A DNA stretch of 64,000 nt from Pseudomonadota bacterium (GTDB lineage: Bacteria > Desulfobacterota > UBA8473). A program made the translations under genes and the position numbers. The DNA lies in NCBI GenBank assembly GCA_043825855.1, contig JBDRRJ010000007.1:26900-90899 (forward strand), read 5' to 3'. The notes under the pieces are model-generated. The model ran no database searches, was not told the DNA's origin, and worked only from the letters and a program-made list of their open reading frames with translations. This document shows positions 21,329 to 31,715 of this stretch, piece by piece (within the stretch, counting starts at the first letter, position 1; every line of letters begins with the position of its first letter).

Positions 21329-23935
21329 TTATTCAGATCTTTTTCCCCTAACTTTAGGTTTATCTTGTTGTCTTAGAAGCTCATAAATTTTCAATTCACC
21401 CAAAACCTTACCAGCATCGTACTTCCCGACTTCCTTTACATCCAGAATTGAGTTCATTACTGCTAGGCGGGTCTTCTCACTTATTAAAATAATATTAGGC
21501 CTGTTCTTGGTTAATTCCTGCAAACGAAATACAATGTTAACCGAATCTCCAATCACTGTATAATCCATTTTTTTATCAAAGCCGATATTCCCAACAACAG
21601 CTTCCCCGGTATGAACACTGACCCCAATCGTAAGTTTCATTTCAATTTCGTTGGATAAATCTTCATTAATAACTCCAAGAACTTTTTTCATCTCAAGAGC
21701 TGCAGAAATGGCATTATCTGCATCCGAGGCGCTTGAAACTGGAGCACCAAAGACAGCAAGGAAACCATCTCCCAGATATTTATCCACAATTCCATTATAC
21801 TTGAAGACAATATCACCCATAACAGAAAAAAAATGGTTTAGGATCGACACGGTCTTTTGAGGACCTATATTGCTGGCAAGGGTAGAAAAATTCCGAATAT
21901 CAATATTGAGCAAAGTTAAAGTTTTTAATTCATCAACCACTGGTTTTTCTCCCGAAGAATCATAGGCAATTTTGTCTACAATCTCCTTAGGAACAAACTT
22001 CTGGAACATATTGCGTATAGACCGTTCATGTTCAGCCATGGACAATGTTTCCTGATAAAGTATAGAGTTTTCCAGAGCAATACTTACCGAAGTTGCAATA
22101 GACTGGAGTAGTTGAAGATCGTTGGTATTAAAATCACCCTGCTGTCTGTTTAGAACCTCAATTACACCGCGGACCTTACCTTGTGAGATCAGGGGCACAC
22201 ATAACACAGAGCGGGTTTTAAATCCTGTACGCTGGTCAAACTCGGGATCATAGTGCTGTGAAGCCCTAATATTATTTACCATAACAGATTCTCCGCGAGC
22301 TGCAGAATACCCTGCAATCCCTTGACCAAGCTTAGGACAAAAATCGTTCAGGTTCTCAATATTGAGATTAAAGGTAGCTTTAAATTCAAGTTTATCTTTA
22401 TCCAGAAACAATAAAGATCCTGCTTCTACTTCCATTACTTCCTCAATTATCTCCATTGTATTCTTAAGTACCTTATCCATATCGAAAGTGGAAGAGGCCA
22501 GAACCCCCCCAATCTGTTTGATTGCTTCCATTTCCTGGTCACGCTTCATGACAGATGAAACCATACGATTTTTTTCTATTGCCATTGTAAGAATATAAGC
22601 CATACGGTTTATTTGAAATTCCATATCATGTAAAACGTCAGATTGAAGAGACCCTACCACCAGTATTCCTATTATTTCCCCTCCACTCTTTAACGGCGAT
22701 AAAAAGACAGATTGTATGCCCTGCTTCTCAAAAAGCTCCTGTTCCATATAGTGTTTTAATTTCTGCGTATCTTCTATAAATATACTACTACCCTGTTTTA
22801 TAACTCGGTCAAAGACAGAACCTAAAAAATAGTGATGGGAATTCCTTAATAGGTTGATTGGTACAAAGGAAACAAAATCTTGAAGAGACAATCGATCAGC
22901 CACATCTCCTATTCGAGTCATCAAAAGGGACATATCAAAGGGAACTTCACTTCGAAATTCGTTCAAGATTGCATGAAAAAGTTCACTGTCCTGAAGACTT
23001 GAATTCAGAAGCTTAAAAATATTTTCCAATGTTTTAATCTGTTGAGTCTTCTCCCTACTTCTCTTTATAAGTCGAATATTGTCATAAGTGAAGGCGGCAT
23101 TACTCAAAAGAGGAGCTAAAATATCAGCATCTTCCATTGTAAATGGCATATCTGTTTTCCCCCTGGAAAAGGTCATAACTCCGAAGATGTCATGAATACT
23201 CTTCAAAGGCATACAAAGAAAAGATTTTGTCCCATAGTGAGAGCGGTTTTCCCGGCCAAAGCGAGTATCATTCTCTATGTTTTTAACCAGCAGTGGGGAT
23301 TTATTAATGACCGCAAACTTTGCGATGCTGTTGTAAAAGTCAATCCGGTCTCCCTTTTTTAGGACTCCCCCCAAATTAAAAGCGGAAAGAACAGTAAATG
23401 TCTCCCTGTTAGGTTGCTCCAGAATTAAAACAGACCCTATATCAGCACTCACTATCTTTAATGCCCGTTCCAGGGTAACATGGAGAATTTCTTCTTTATC
23501 GAAAGTCATATAACAAAGATCCGATAACTCTCTTAGGGTAGCAATCTGTGTCTCCCTTTTTTGGATCAGTTCATAGTTTGTCTTAAGTTCCTTTTCAAGG
23601 GAATGGAAAGACTGTACTATTCCTTTAAGTTCATTTGTAGTATCATCTTGTTTGTATCCTGAGATTTCTTTAGCAACACTTTCAGCTATTTCTTTAGAAA
23701 TTGTAGAAACTTGATCAAATATTCTTCGGATTAAGACAAACCCAAATAGTGAAAAAGTCAGAAAGAGAAGAAAAAACAGAGCAACATATTGATCTTCTAG
23801 TAAATCATACTTCAGGCTAAAATATAAAAACCCAATAACGGGTATAAAGAAAAAAAGGGCAAAAACAACAGGGAGTCTGTACTTTAGGTTCTTTTCTTCT
23901 ATAGATACTTCCTGCAGCCTTCTTTTAAAATTCAA
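21329..23935 (-). CDS. Membrane-anchored multi-GAF class III adenylate/guanylate cyclase
   Basis: N-terminal TM helices, a coiled-coil region, GAF-like segments, and a C-terminal CYCc domain (LLNIDIRNFSTL...YLGDGFLAVFGAP...IGVSVHTGEAVVGNIG). Confidence 0.85.
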   Translation of the reverse strand: MNFKRRLQEVSIEEKNLKYRLPVVFALFFFIPVIGFLYFSLKYDLLEDQYVALFFLLFLTFSLFGFVLIRRIFDQVSTISKEIAESVAKEISGYKQDDTTNELKGIVQSFHSLEKELKTNYELIQKRETQIATLRELSDLCYMTFDKEEILHVTLERALKIVSADIGSVLILEQPNRETFTVLSAFNLGGVLKKGDRIDFYNSIAKFAVINKSPLLVKNIENDTRFGRENRSHYGTKSFLCMPLKSIHDIFGVMTFSRGKTDMPFTMEDADILAPLLSNAAFTYDNIRLIKRSREKTQQIKTLENIFKLLNSSLQDSELFHAILNEFRSEVPFDMSLLMTRIGDVADRLSLQDFVSFVPINLLRNSHHYFLGSVFDRVIKQGSSIFIEDTQKLKHYMEQELFEKQGIQSVFLSPLKSGGEIIGILVVGSLQSDVLHDMEFQINRMAYILTMAIEKNRMVSSVMKRDQEMEAIKQIGGVLASSTFDMDKVLKNTMEIIEEVMEVEAGSLLFLDKDKLEFKATFNLNIENLNDFCPKLGQGIAGYSAARGESVMVNNIRASQHYDPEFDQRTGFKTRSVLCVPLISQGKVRGVIEVLNRQQGDFNTNDLQLLQSIATSVSIALENSILYQETLSMAEHERSIRNMFQKFVPKEIVDKIAYDSSGEKPVVDELKTLTLLNIDIRNFSTLASNIGPQKTVSILNHFFSVMGDIVFKYNGIVDKYLGDGFLAVFGAPVSSASDADNAISAALEMKKVLGVINEDLSNEIEMKLTIGVSVHTGEAVVGNIGFDKKMDYTVIGDSVNIVFRLQELTKNRPNIILISEKTRLAVMNSILDVKEVGKYDAGKVLGELKIYELLRQQDKPKVRGKRSE

Positions 23936-24299
23936 CTGATATCCTTTCCATATTTATACAAAAAAGATTTTCCAGTACTAATACTAATCTTTTAATAAAG
24001 TACTTATCTATTAGATAAATCCTATATATCAATTCTAAACTATACTTATGTTTCTATTTTACGCTTTTTTTGCTCATTGTAATTTTAATTAAACAGCACA
24101 TAGGCTGTATAATAATACAGTTTTCAATAGAATTCAACTAAATAACTTAATAAGTGTATTGCCAGTCCTATTAAAAGAGGAAGGGGGCATAAATATGCCT
24201 CTCTTCCCTTGTACTCTCAAATTTTTTATTGACTTTTCAGTAAAAGTCTTATAAAAATATTTTATACAATAAAAATAATAAATTATATAGGTACCCTCG

Positions 24300-24590
24300 T
24301 TGAGGGTTTAATAGGGAACTCCATGAATAGGGACGGTCCCGCCGCTGTGATCAGGGACGAAACCCACAAAAACAGTTAAGGTTTATAGTTTATTTAAATA
24401 ATCGAAAAACTCTTAACTGTTTTAAAACCACTTGTGGTCTAAAACTGCTGGGAAGGTGTGGGGAGTAGGAAGATCTGAGAGTCAGAAGACCTGCCTATGT
24501 AACAGGACTTACCTCTTCTTCTAGGAAAGGGGGGTGAAGTAAGCTGGGTGCAACCCTTAAGTCCAAAAGGATTTAAGGGTTTTTTTATTG
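24300..24590 (+). ncRNA. Cobalamin (B12) riboswitch with an intrinsic-terminator expression platform
   Basis: The aptamer core aatagggaac...gggacggtcccgccgctgtga and the B12 box gagagtcagaagacctgcc (24477-24496) are both present. A terminator cccttaa-N12-ttaaggg plus T8 sits at 24554-24587, just before btuF. Confidence 0.8.
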
Positions 24591-24607
24591 CTCTTTTTTA
24601 GGATGGA

Positions 24608-25501
24608 ATGAAGACAATATTCACATTACTACTTACATGTATTTTTTTTGTTATAGGCGTCGGTATCGCCTTGTCTACAGTCTATGTGGATGATATGGGA
24701 AGAAAGGTGGATATACCACCAACTCCGGGCAGAATTGTCTCCCTGGCTCCCAGCATAACAGAGACCCTTTATTACCTTAACTTGGGGGGAAGGATCGTAG
24801 GGGTAACGGAATTCAGTAACTACCCTTTTGAGGCAAAAGGGAAACCAAACGTCGGAAGTTACATAAACCTGAATATTGAGAAAATTATCTCATTGAAGCC
24901 GGATTTAATTATAGCTATAGCAGATGGCAATAAAAAAGGGGCAGTTGATACACTGGAAAGACTTGGATACAGTGTTTATGCAATAAACCCCAGGTGTGTA
25001 AAGGATATTTTTAGAACAATTGAGAATATAGGAAAGATAACCGGTTGTACAGACAGGGCTAAAAGACTGATTAATGGGTTAAAAAGCAGAGTAACATATA
25101 TAGAAAGTCGTACAAAATGGACAGAAAGACCAAAAGTTTTTTTCCAGATTGGTATTAATCCTGTAGTAACAGTGGGTAAAAATACTTATCATAATGATCT
25201 GATTACAATGGCCGGTGGTTTGAATATTGCTGGGAAGGATAAAACAAAGTATCCCCAGTACAGTTTGGAGGAAATTTTACTCAATACCCCTGATATAATT
25301 ATCATATCTTCTATGTACAGGGGTGGGGGTTTTGAACGAAATAAAAAAAATTGGATGAAGTGGAAAAATATCCCCGCAGTCAAAAATGGAAGGATTTATA
25401 TAATTGATTCTGATCTGGTTGACCACCCTTCTCCTCGTATTATCGATGGGTTAGAAGAGCTGGCTAGAATGATTCATCCAAGGTTGTTTAATTCAAGGTA
25501 A
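24608..25501 (+). CDS. btuF: ABC transporter periplasmic binding protein, cobalamin/siderophore (BtuF/FecB) family
   Basis: Signal anchor and a PBP type 2 fold. It lies directly downstream of a B12 riboswitch. Confidence 0.8.
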   Translation: MKTIFTLLLTCIFFVIGVGIALSTVYVDDMGRKVDIPPTPGRIVSLAPSITETLYYLNLGGRIVGVTEFSNYPFEAKGKPNVGSYINLNIEKIISLKPDLIIAIADGNKKGAVDTLERLGYSVYAINPRCVKDIFRTIENIGKITGCTDRAKRLINGLKSRVTYIESRTKWTERPKVFFQIGINPVVTVGKNTYHNDLITMAGGLNIAGKDKTKYPQYSLEEILLNTPDIIIISSMYRGGGFERNKKNWMKWKNIPAVKNGRIYIIDSDLVDHPSPRIIDGLEELARMIHPRLFNSR

Positions 25502-25508
25502 ATTATAA

Positions 25509-26528
25509 ATGATAGTAAATCTCAAAAGATTATTGCTCATATCTCTTACTTTTATATTAATTTTCTTTTTAGTGTCAATTCTTTCCATCTCTCTTGGAAC
25601 AGCCGATATAGGCTTTATGAAAATAATTAGAGGGGTATTTGGGGGGATTACCGACCCAGTTTTGGGATGGACAGATACAGATAGGGTTATTATTCTGCAG
25701 ATTCGTTTACCAAGGATTATATTGGCCGGTGTAGTAGGTGCTTCACTTTCGGTATCAGGCGTAGTATTTCAGGGACTCTTTCGAAATCCCCTTGCAGACC
25801 CCTATATTTTAGGAATCTCAAGTGGTTCAGCTGTAGGTGCTGTTCTAGCAATTATATCAGGGGCAGGGCTAAGTATCCTGAGCATTCCCGCTGCCTCTTT
25901 CTGTGGAGCGCTACTGACAATCATGCTGGTATTGGGAATTTCAAGAACCGGATATAAACTTCAAACCAATACTTTACTGCTATCAGGAGTAATAGTCGGT
26001 TCTTTCTTCTCTGCTATTATCATGTTTCTGGTATCTACTACTCAGAATGAGAGGATTCATAGCATTATCTTCTGGTTAATGGGAGACTTAAGTCTATCAA
26101 GGTATAACGAGATCATGATTGTTACCCCCATTGTTATTGTCGGGTGCCTTATTATCTATTTCCATGCCCATTCCTTGAACCTTATCGTTACGGGAGAAGA
26201 AACCGCCCAACAACTGGGAGTTAACGTAGAAAGAGTAAAGAGACTTTTACTTATCATTGCATCTTTAGTTACCGGAGTCGTTGTTTCAGTAAGTGGTGTT
26301 ATTGGCTTTGTAGGTTTAATCGTTCCTCACATGATGCGAATGTTATTTGGTTCAGATCACCGCATTCTTCTGCCTGTGTCCGGTCTTTTTGGTCTTTCCT
26401 TCCTGATTATAGCAGATACCATTGCAAGAACCATCATTGCTCCGGTGGAACTACCCGTTGGTGTCATAACAGCAATCTTCGGGGCACCATTTTTTATCTA
26501 TCTAATGCGAAGAAGAGGAATAATATGA
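25509..26528 (+). CDS. btuC: FecCD-family ABC permease (BtuC-like)
   Basis: Ten-TM FecCD pattern with the conserved GxVGFVGLIVPH block. Confidence 0.85.
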   Translation: MIVNLKRLLLISLTFILIFFLVSILSISLGTADIGFMKIIRGVFGGITDPVLGWTDTDRVIILQIRLPRIILAGVVGASLSVSGVVFQGLFRNPLADPYILGISSGSAVGAVLAIISGAGLSILSIPAASFCGALLTIMLVLGISRTGYKLQTNTLLLSGVIVGSFFSAIIMFLVSTTQNERIHSIIFWLMGDLSLSRYNEIMIVTPIVIVGCLIIYFHAHSLNLIVTGEETAQQLGVNVERVKRLLLIIASLVTGVVVSVSGVIGFVGLIVPHMMRMLFGSDHRILLPVSGLFGLSFLIIADTIARTIIAPVELPVGVITAIFGAPFFIYLMRRRGII

Positions 26529-27349
26529 TCAGAGTTTCTAACGTAAGTTTCAGGTATGCTGAAGATTGGGTTTTAAAAAACATCTCATTTAGTATAGAAA
26601 AGGGGGAGTTTTGGGGAATAATCGGCCCAAATGGTTCTGGAAAGACGACCTTGCTTAAGAATCTTAACAAAACTCTTTCCCCTAAAGAAGGAGATATCTT
26701 TATAAATGGAACAAACATTAAGGAGATAAAGAGGAAAGAGTTAGCCAGAATTGTGGGAATGGTCCCCCAGTCTGCTTCTACTGTTTTCCCTTTCAGTGTT
26801 TTAGAGGTAGTTTTAATGGGAAGAGCACCTTATCTTGGCAGACTCAGTTTTGAGGATGAGGAAGACTATTCGATAGCGAAAAATGTCATGAAAATGACAG
26901 ATACCTATTCATTTGCAACGCGGAATATCAATGAATTAAGCGGAGGCGAAAGACAGAGGGTACTTATTGCAAGGGCACTGGCTCAACAGCCAAAAGTCTT
27001 ACTCCTCGATGAATTCACAGCTTTTTTAGATATCAAACATCAAATAGCCTTTTTCGATTTAATAAAAACCTTAAATAAAAAGGAAGGGCTGACGGTAATT
27101 GCCGTGACTCATGATATGAATTTAGCATCTATCTTCTGTGACAAAATTGTCCTTCTAAGTAAAGGGGCTCTCCACTCTATTGGAACTCCTTGGGATGTAA
27201 TCACAGAATCGAACATAAAGGAGGTTTATGAAACCGATGTATTAGTTGATACTAATCCACAAATAGGATTACCAAGAGTAACGCTCATAGCGTCGAGTCT
27301 GTCAAATAAAGGAAGTCGGTCAAAAGCCGACGCTGCCCCGCAACTGTAG
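26525..27349 (+). CDS. btuD: ABC transporter ATP-binding protein (BtuD/FepC-like)
   Basis: Walker A GPNGSGKTT, signature LSGGERQR and Walker B LLLDE. The last ~15 codons and the TAG stop overlap the second riboswitch aptamer. Confidence 0.85.
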   Translation: MIRVSNVSFRYAEDWVLKNISFSIEKGEFWGIIGPNGSGKTTLLKNLNKTLSPKEGDIFINGTNIKEIKRKELARIVGMVPQSASTVFPFSVLEVVLMGRAPYLGRLSFEDEEDYSIAKNVMKMTDTYSFATRNINELSGGERQRVLIARALAQQPKVLLLDEFTAFLDIKHQIAFFDLIKTLNKKEGLTVIAVTHDMNLASIFCDKIVLLSKGALHSIGTPWDVITESNIKEVYETDVLVDTNPQIGLPRVTLIASSLSNKGSRSKADAAPQL

Positions 27350-27560
27350 ACGGGACGAAACCCAACAAGGACAGTAAAAGTGAAAAGTTAAGGGTTAGAG
27401 AATCAGAAGACTTTTAATTTATGTCTTTTAACTGTTTAAAACCACTGACAGTTATAGTACTGCCGGGAAGGTATGGGGATTAGGCATAACCGTGAGCCAG
27501 GAGACTTGTTTGACAGACTAAACAAACATCCCAACCGAGGGGGAAAGGAGGTTATTATGG
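27300..27560 (+). ncRNA. Second cobalamin riboswitch, paralogous to the first
   Basis: aataaaggaagtcgg...gctgccccgcaactgtagacgggacgaaaccc, and the B12 box gtgagccaggagacttg at 27493-27509. It shares the inserted hairpin aactgtttaaaaccac with riboswitch 1. It ends at an aggagg RBS plus ATG. Confidence 0.72.
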
Positions 27561-27622
27561 GAAGAGGTAATAAGAAAAAGCCATCCTTATTGAGTAAGAC
27601 CTATGCTAAAACTTCATTCTGA
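27557..27622 (+). CDS. 21-codon uORF/leader peptide (MGRGNKKKPSLLSKTYAKTSF) immediately 3' of riboswitch 2
   Basis: Strong RBS ggaaaggagg 6 nt upstream of the ATG. It may be the translational readout of the riboswitch. Speculative. Confidence 0.3.
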   Translation: MGRGNKKKPSLLSKTYAKTSF

Positions 27623-27764
27623 AGTACCAAATGAAAAATCTAAATTTAATAACTAGTTGTATTTAATGGGTTCTTCATTCTCTTTGGAATACTGAAAACT
27701 GTTGATGCAGAAAAATTGAAAATTCTAGTTGGTAAATATTAAACTCATAAGGAAGGGTTAGGAA

Positions 27765-29840
27765 ATGAATATAATATTGAATTTTATTTTTGGATTGCTT
27801 GTGTGTTTGTTTATGTCTTTGTCAGCACCGGTTTATGCACAGGAAAAGATTGAAGTGGTAGAGATGAAAGAAGTGGTTGTAACAGCCACACGTGACAAAG
27901 AGGAAATCCGTAATGTTCCTGCCAATGTTTCAGTGATTACAACCCAGCAGATTAAACAGTCAGGCGCAACAACTATTGTGGAGGTCCTGGATAAATTAGA
28001 GAGTATCCAGTTCCGGGATTACAGCGGAAATTCCTCTCAATCGGTCATCGACCTACGAGGCTTTGGCGGGGACAATCCTTTTGGGAAGACCCTGATTATG
28101 CTGGATGGCAGAAGGTTGAACAGACCCGATATGGCTTCCATCAACTGGATGCAGATTCCCTTGAATAACATTAAAAGAATCGAAATTGTACGAGGTCCCA
28201 GCAGCGTTCTATATGGCGATTCAGCCATCGGCGGCGTTATCAACATCATCACCATGAAAGGAGAAGGGAAACCACGGGTTAATACCTCTGTTATTTTAGG
28301 AAGTTTTGGACTTCATGATGAGCGAGCCGGTGTAAGCGGTGCCACTGATAAATGGACCTATGCTTTGACCGGGGAAAACAATTTCAACTTCGGATACCGG
28401 GAAAGATCAAAATTCTCCTCAAAGGGTGGGGGCTTTGATGTGGGGTATGACGCCACCGAGTCGTTCAATATTTCGTTAGGACTCTCCTTCAACAAAACTG
28501 ACTATCAAATGCCGGGTGCCCTTACAGAGGAACAGATGGAAGAGGACAGGCAGCAGTACCAGCCGGCAACACCAGCAAATTGGGCTAATGCTGCACCAGA
28601 TGATGACGGTTCAGATAAATACACAAACGTCAATCTTGGCATCAAGTATCTTCTTGGATCCCTAGGGGAGATCAATATCAATTTTCTTCACGGTAAAAAG
28701 GACATTAAGACAAACATACCCTCCTGGACATTCAACAAATTTTCAAATACCATTACAGACACATACGGTATAACCCCTAAATATATTCTGGCGAAGGAAA
28801 TCTTTGGTTTCAAAAACAAACTGGTTCTTGGCCTGGATTATTACAACGAACCTTATAAGAAGGAATTTTTCAGTACACGGGAGAGAGACACAAAAACAAG
28901 CTGGGCAGATTTGAGAAGGGACAGCCTTGGATACTACATCAGGGATGAGTTTAGTCTCCTTAAGAACCTGATACTGACTGCCGGCTACCGATCCGAGCGC
29001 GCAACCATCAAGGGATCCAACACAGATACCTTGATACCGTCTAATAACTTTACAGATAAGGAAAAAATTTACAATGCAGAGGCATATGAAACTGGACTTA
29101 CTTGGCTCCTGGGCAAGCAATCGAAAATATTTGCAAAGTATGCAACTGTTTACCGTATTCCTTTTCTTGATGAAGTTGCATCTTTCAATGGCTTCGGTGG
29201 TGAATTATTTTTAAATACTCTTGAAAAAGAAAAGGGAGTTAGTAAAGAAATAGGTTCGGAATTCTACCCTCTGGATAACCTTAAAATAGGATTAACCCTT
29301 TTCAGAATCGATATGGAGGACGAAATCCAGTATGTCTATGTAACTCCATGGTCGGGATATAATCAAAATGTCGGTAAGACACGCCATGATGGCGCAGAGG
29401 TCTCCATTTCCTATCTGTGGGAAAAGAAGGCTGCGTTCTATGGGAATTTCACTTATCAAATGGCTACCTTTGAAAACGGTATCAACAGTAAAAAGGGACT
29501 ACCGCTGGTACCCAATCAGCTAGCAAATGCTGGTGTTGAGATATATTTACCCCCTAATTTGACGATACGTCCAGAAGTTCGTTATGTAAGCGATGCCTTT
29601 TTATCCGGTGACAATGACAATAACACGGATAAGCTGGAGTCTCATTCACTCTTTAATCTTTATATTTCCTATAAGCCAACTATAAGAAAAGGCAACATAA
29701 CTGTATTCTTAGGAGTTGAGAACCTGACTGATGAGAAGTATTCGTCATTTGGTTCAGATAATGCTTCATGGGGCGGTATAAACACCTACTATCCCATGCC
29801 TGGAATCGCTTTTAAGGGAGGCCTTTCCTTTGAATTTTAA
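27765..29840 (+). CDS. btuB: TonB-dependent outer-membrane receptor (BtuB-like)
   Basis: Signal peptide, a plug domain (VVTATRDKEEIRNVPANVSVIT), a 22-strand barrel, and a C-terminal aromatic residue (…LSFEF). Confidence 0.85.
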   Translation: MNIILNFIFGLLVCLFMSLSAPVYAQEKIEVVEMKEVVVTATRDKEEIRNVPANVSVITTQQIKQSGATTIVEVLDKLESIQFRDYSGNSSQSVIDLRGFGGDNPFGKTLIMLDGRRLNRPDMASINWMQIPLNNIKRIEIVRGPSSVLYGDSAIGGVINIITMKGEGKPRVNTSVILGSFGLHDERAGVSGATDKWTYALTGENNFNFGYRERSKFSSKGGGFDVGYDATESFNISLGLSFNKTDYQMPGALTEEQMEEDRQQYQPATPANWANAAPDDDGSDKYTNVNLGIKYLLGSLGEININFLHGKKDIKTNIPSWTFNKFSNTITDTYGITPKYILAKEIFGFKNKLVLGLDYYNEPYKKEFFSTRERDTKTSWADLRRDSLGYYIRDEFSLLKNLILTAGYRSERATIKGSNTDTLIPSNNFTDKEKIYNAEAYETGLTWLLGKQSKIFAKYATVYRIPFLDEVASFNGFGGELFLNTLEKEKGVSKEIGSEFYPLDNLKIGLTLFRIDMEDEIQYVYVTPWSGYNQNVGKTRHDGAEVSISYLWEKKAAFYGNFTYQMATFENGINSKKGLPLVPNQLANAGVEIYLPPNLTIRPEVRYVSDAFLSGDNDNNTDKLESHSLFNLYISYKPTIRKGNITVFLGVENLTDEKYSSFGSDNASWGGINTYYPMPGIAFKGGLSFEF

Positions 29841-30079
29841 AGGAGGCTTATTGTTGCAAGAAACAAGTCAGGGTTAGATACTTCTTTTAATTTCCAGGAG
29901 TTTAAAGATGAACATACGAAAGGTTGGCAGCACCTGTGAGAAAAAATATTGATATAGATACCTTCTACAAAATTGCCGGCCTGTGATGAAAGGTAACGCT
30001 GGATGATTAACCTGTTAGGAGAAAGGACTGACAAAGTTTATATACTTGGGTACGATTACCAAACCCCTGGAAGAAAAAA

Positions 30080-30940
30080 ATGAATCTTTTAAACATTAAT
30101 GCCCTTAGTAAAGGCGTATCTTCAACTGGACTAGAGAAGATGATTATACCATCAATTCTTCTCCACCTGTTTATTATAGCCCTTGTAATCGCTGCTCCAA
30201 AATTACAAATCAAGAGAACCTCTTACGCCCATATATATACGGTCAGTTTGGTTTCAGCTCCATCAAAGAAGCCTTTGTTGTCAGGAGTAGAAAAGATAAA
30301 CAAAGATATTGGGAAGATTTTACCTGTTACCTCCACAAAGAATTTACAAAAGGTGTTTAAGGTTAAAAACAAAAATAATGCACTCCCTAAACCTGAAACT
30401 GAAGCAAAACTCAAACCCGAACCTCAAACTGAATCTAATTCTAAACCAAACAGCATTGTCCAGGGAACCTTCGAACCTGAGGAAAGAATAAAAACAGGGG
30501 AACCAGGGTTTCCAGAGCAAAGGACGGATGAACTAACTAACAGAGGGCCAGGCTTTCTCTATGGAACCACAGCAAAGTCCGAGGAACAAAATTGGGCAAA
30601 TGAACTAATTAATACAGATGGATCCCTCATTAATTACTCTTCATCTGCCCGAAAATCAGCTATAAACAGAACAGCCCCTTCCTTCATCATAAATCCGAAA
30701 CCCCTCTATCCAACTATAGCAATAAAGAAAAAGATGGAAGGCGTTGTCCTACTTAGAGTAGAAGTCTTGACAGATGGAGGAGTGGGGAAAATAGAGGTTT
30801 ATAAATCCTCCGGTCACAAAATACTTGATGAGTCTGCTTTAGAGGCTGTAAAAAACTGGAAGTTTCTGCCTGCCAAATCGAATGGGGTTAGTATTAAAGT
30901 AATGGCAGGCATTCCTATAAGGTTTGAACTTAAAAGATAA
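30080..30940 (+). CDS. tonB: TonB family energy transducer
   Basis: N-terminal TM anchor, a low-complexity Pro/Glu/Lys linker, and a C-terminal TonB domain (GVVLLRVEVLTDGGVGKIEVYKSSGHKILDESALEAVKNWKFLPA). Confidence 0.75.
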   Translation: MNLLNINALSKGVSSTGLEKMIIPSILLHLFIIALVIAAPKLQIKRTSYAHIYTVSLVSAPSKKPLLSGVEKINKDIGKILPVTSTKNLQKVFKVKNKNNALPKPETEAKLKPEPQTESNSKPNSIVQGTFEPEERIKTGEPGFPEQRTDELTNRGPGFLYGTTAKSEEQNWANELINTDGSLINYSSSARKSAINRTAPSFIINPKPLYPTIAIKKKMEGVVLLRVEVLTDGGVGKIEVYKSSGHKILDESALEAVKNWKFLPAKSNGVSIKVMAGIPIRFELKR

Positions 30941-31715
30941 GGGTAAATATTTAAATATGGGGTGCCCTTCCTAACATCAACATGAAGTAATTAAATAAAT
31001 TTTTAAAATATTTAACGTAACAATTTTAGCCCAGTAAGAGAAACCACGCAATATACACGATGCAACATTAATATCAACTTCAACATTCGCTAAATCAACA
31101 GGAGGTAAGAACGGGACAACATTTAGCAAACAGCTTGTACATTAACGGGAACAGAAAATTCAGAAGAGCACCCCTTATACTTATATTTTAATAGGAGAAT
31201 ATTACCTTTTGCTAGTCATATATCTCCTTTTTAATGCGCTATTTTAGTAGATCTATCCAATCTGACCGCTTTCTTTCTAAAAGCTTAAGATTATTGGTTT
31301 TCGATAATTTTGCCTTTTTCCCAAACCGTGCGAAGAGTTGCGCAAGATTTTTTGAAAAAGCAGGAGATGTCCTATTATTTTTTATTTCTCCTAACATGTG
31401 TTATTCCTTTTATTTCTAAATGAACAATATTATCTTTTTTACCTTTTTGAATCTGTTTAGTTTAGTGTTTATTTTAATAATATAAAGTATAAAGCAGCAA
31501 TTATCATGCCAAACAAAAATACCCCCACTTATAACACCCTCTAGAGTCTGATAATACAAGCTTTTATGACATTACTGGCATATATTTACAGATGCATAAG
31601 ATGTTTGAAATGAGACAGGATTGTACTCTTACTTGGTAGCAACCTTTGATATGCTAACATGAAAGGTGCTAAAACTGGGGCAAATCGTCATAATGGGACA
31701 ATATAGTACATTGTG

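Noticed and set aside
30941-31715. 775-bp gene-free AT-rich region, including a 61-aa ORF at 31234-31419
   Set aside because: No coding signal, motif or structure could be supported by eye. It may hold an sRNA or the LysR target promoter, but I cannot substantiate a call.
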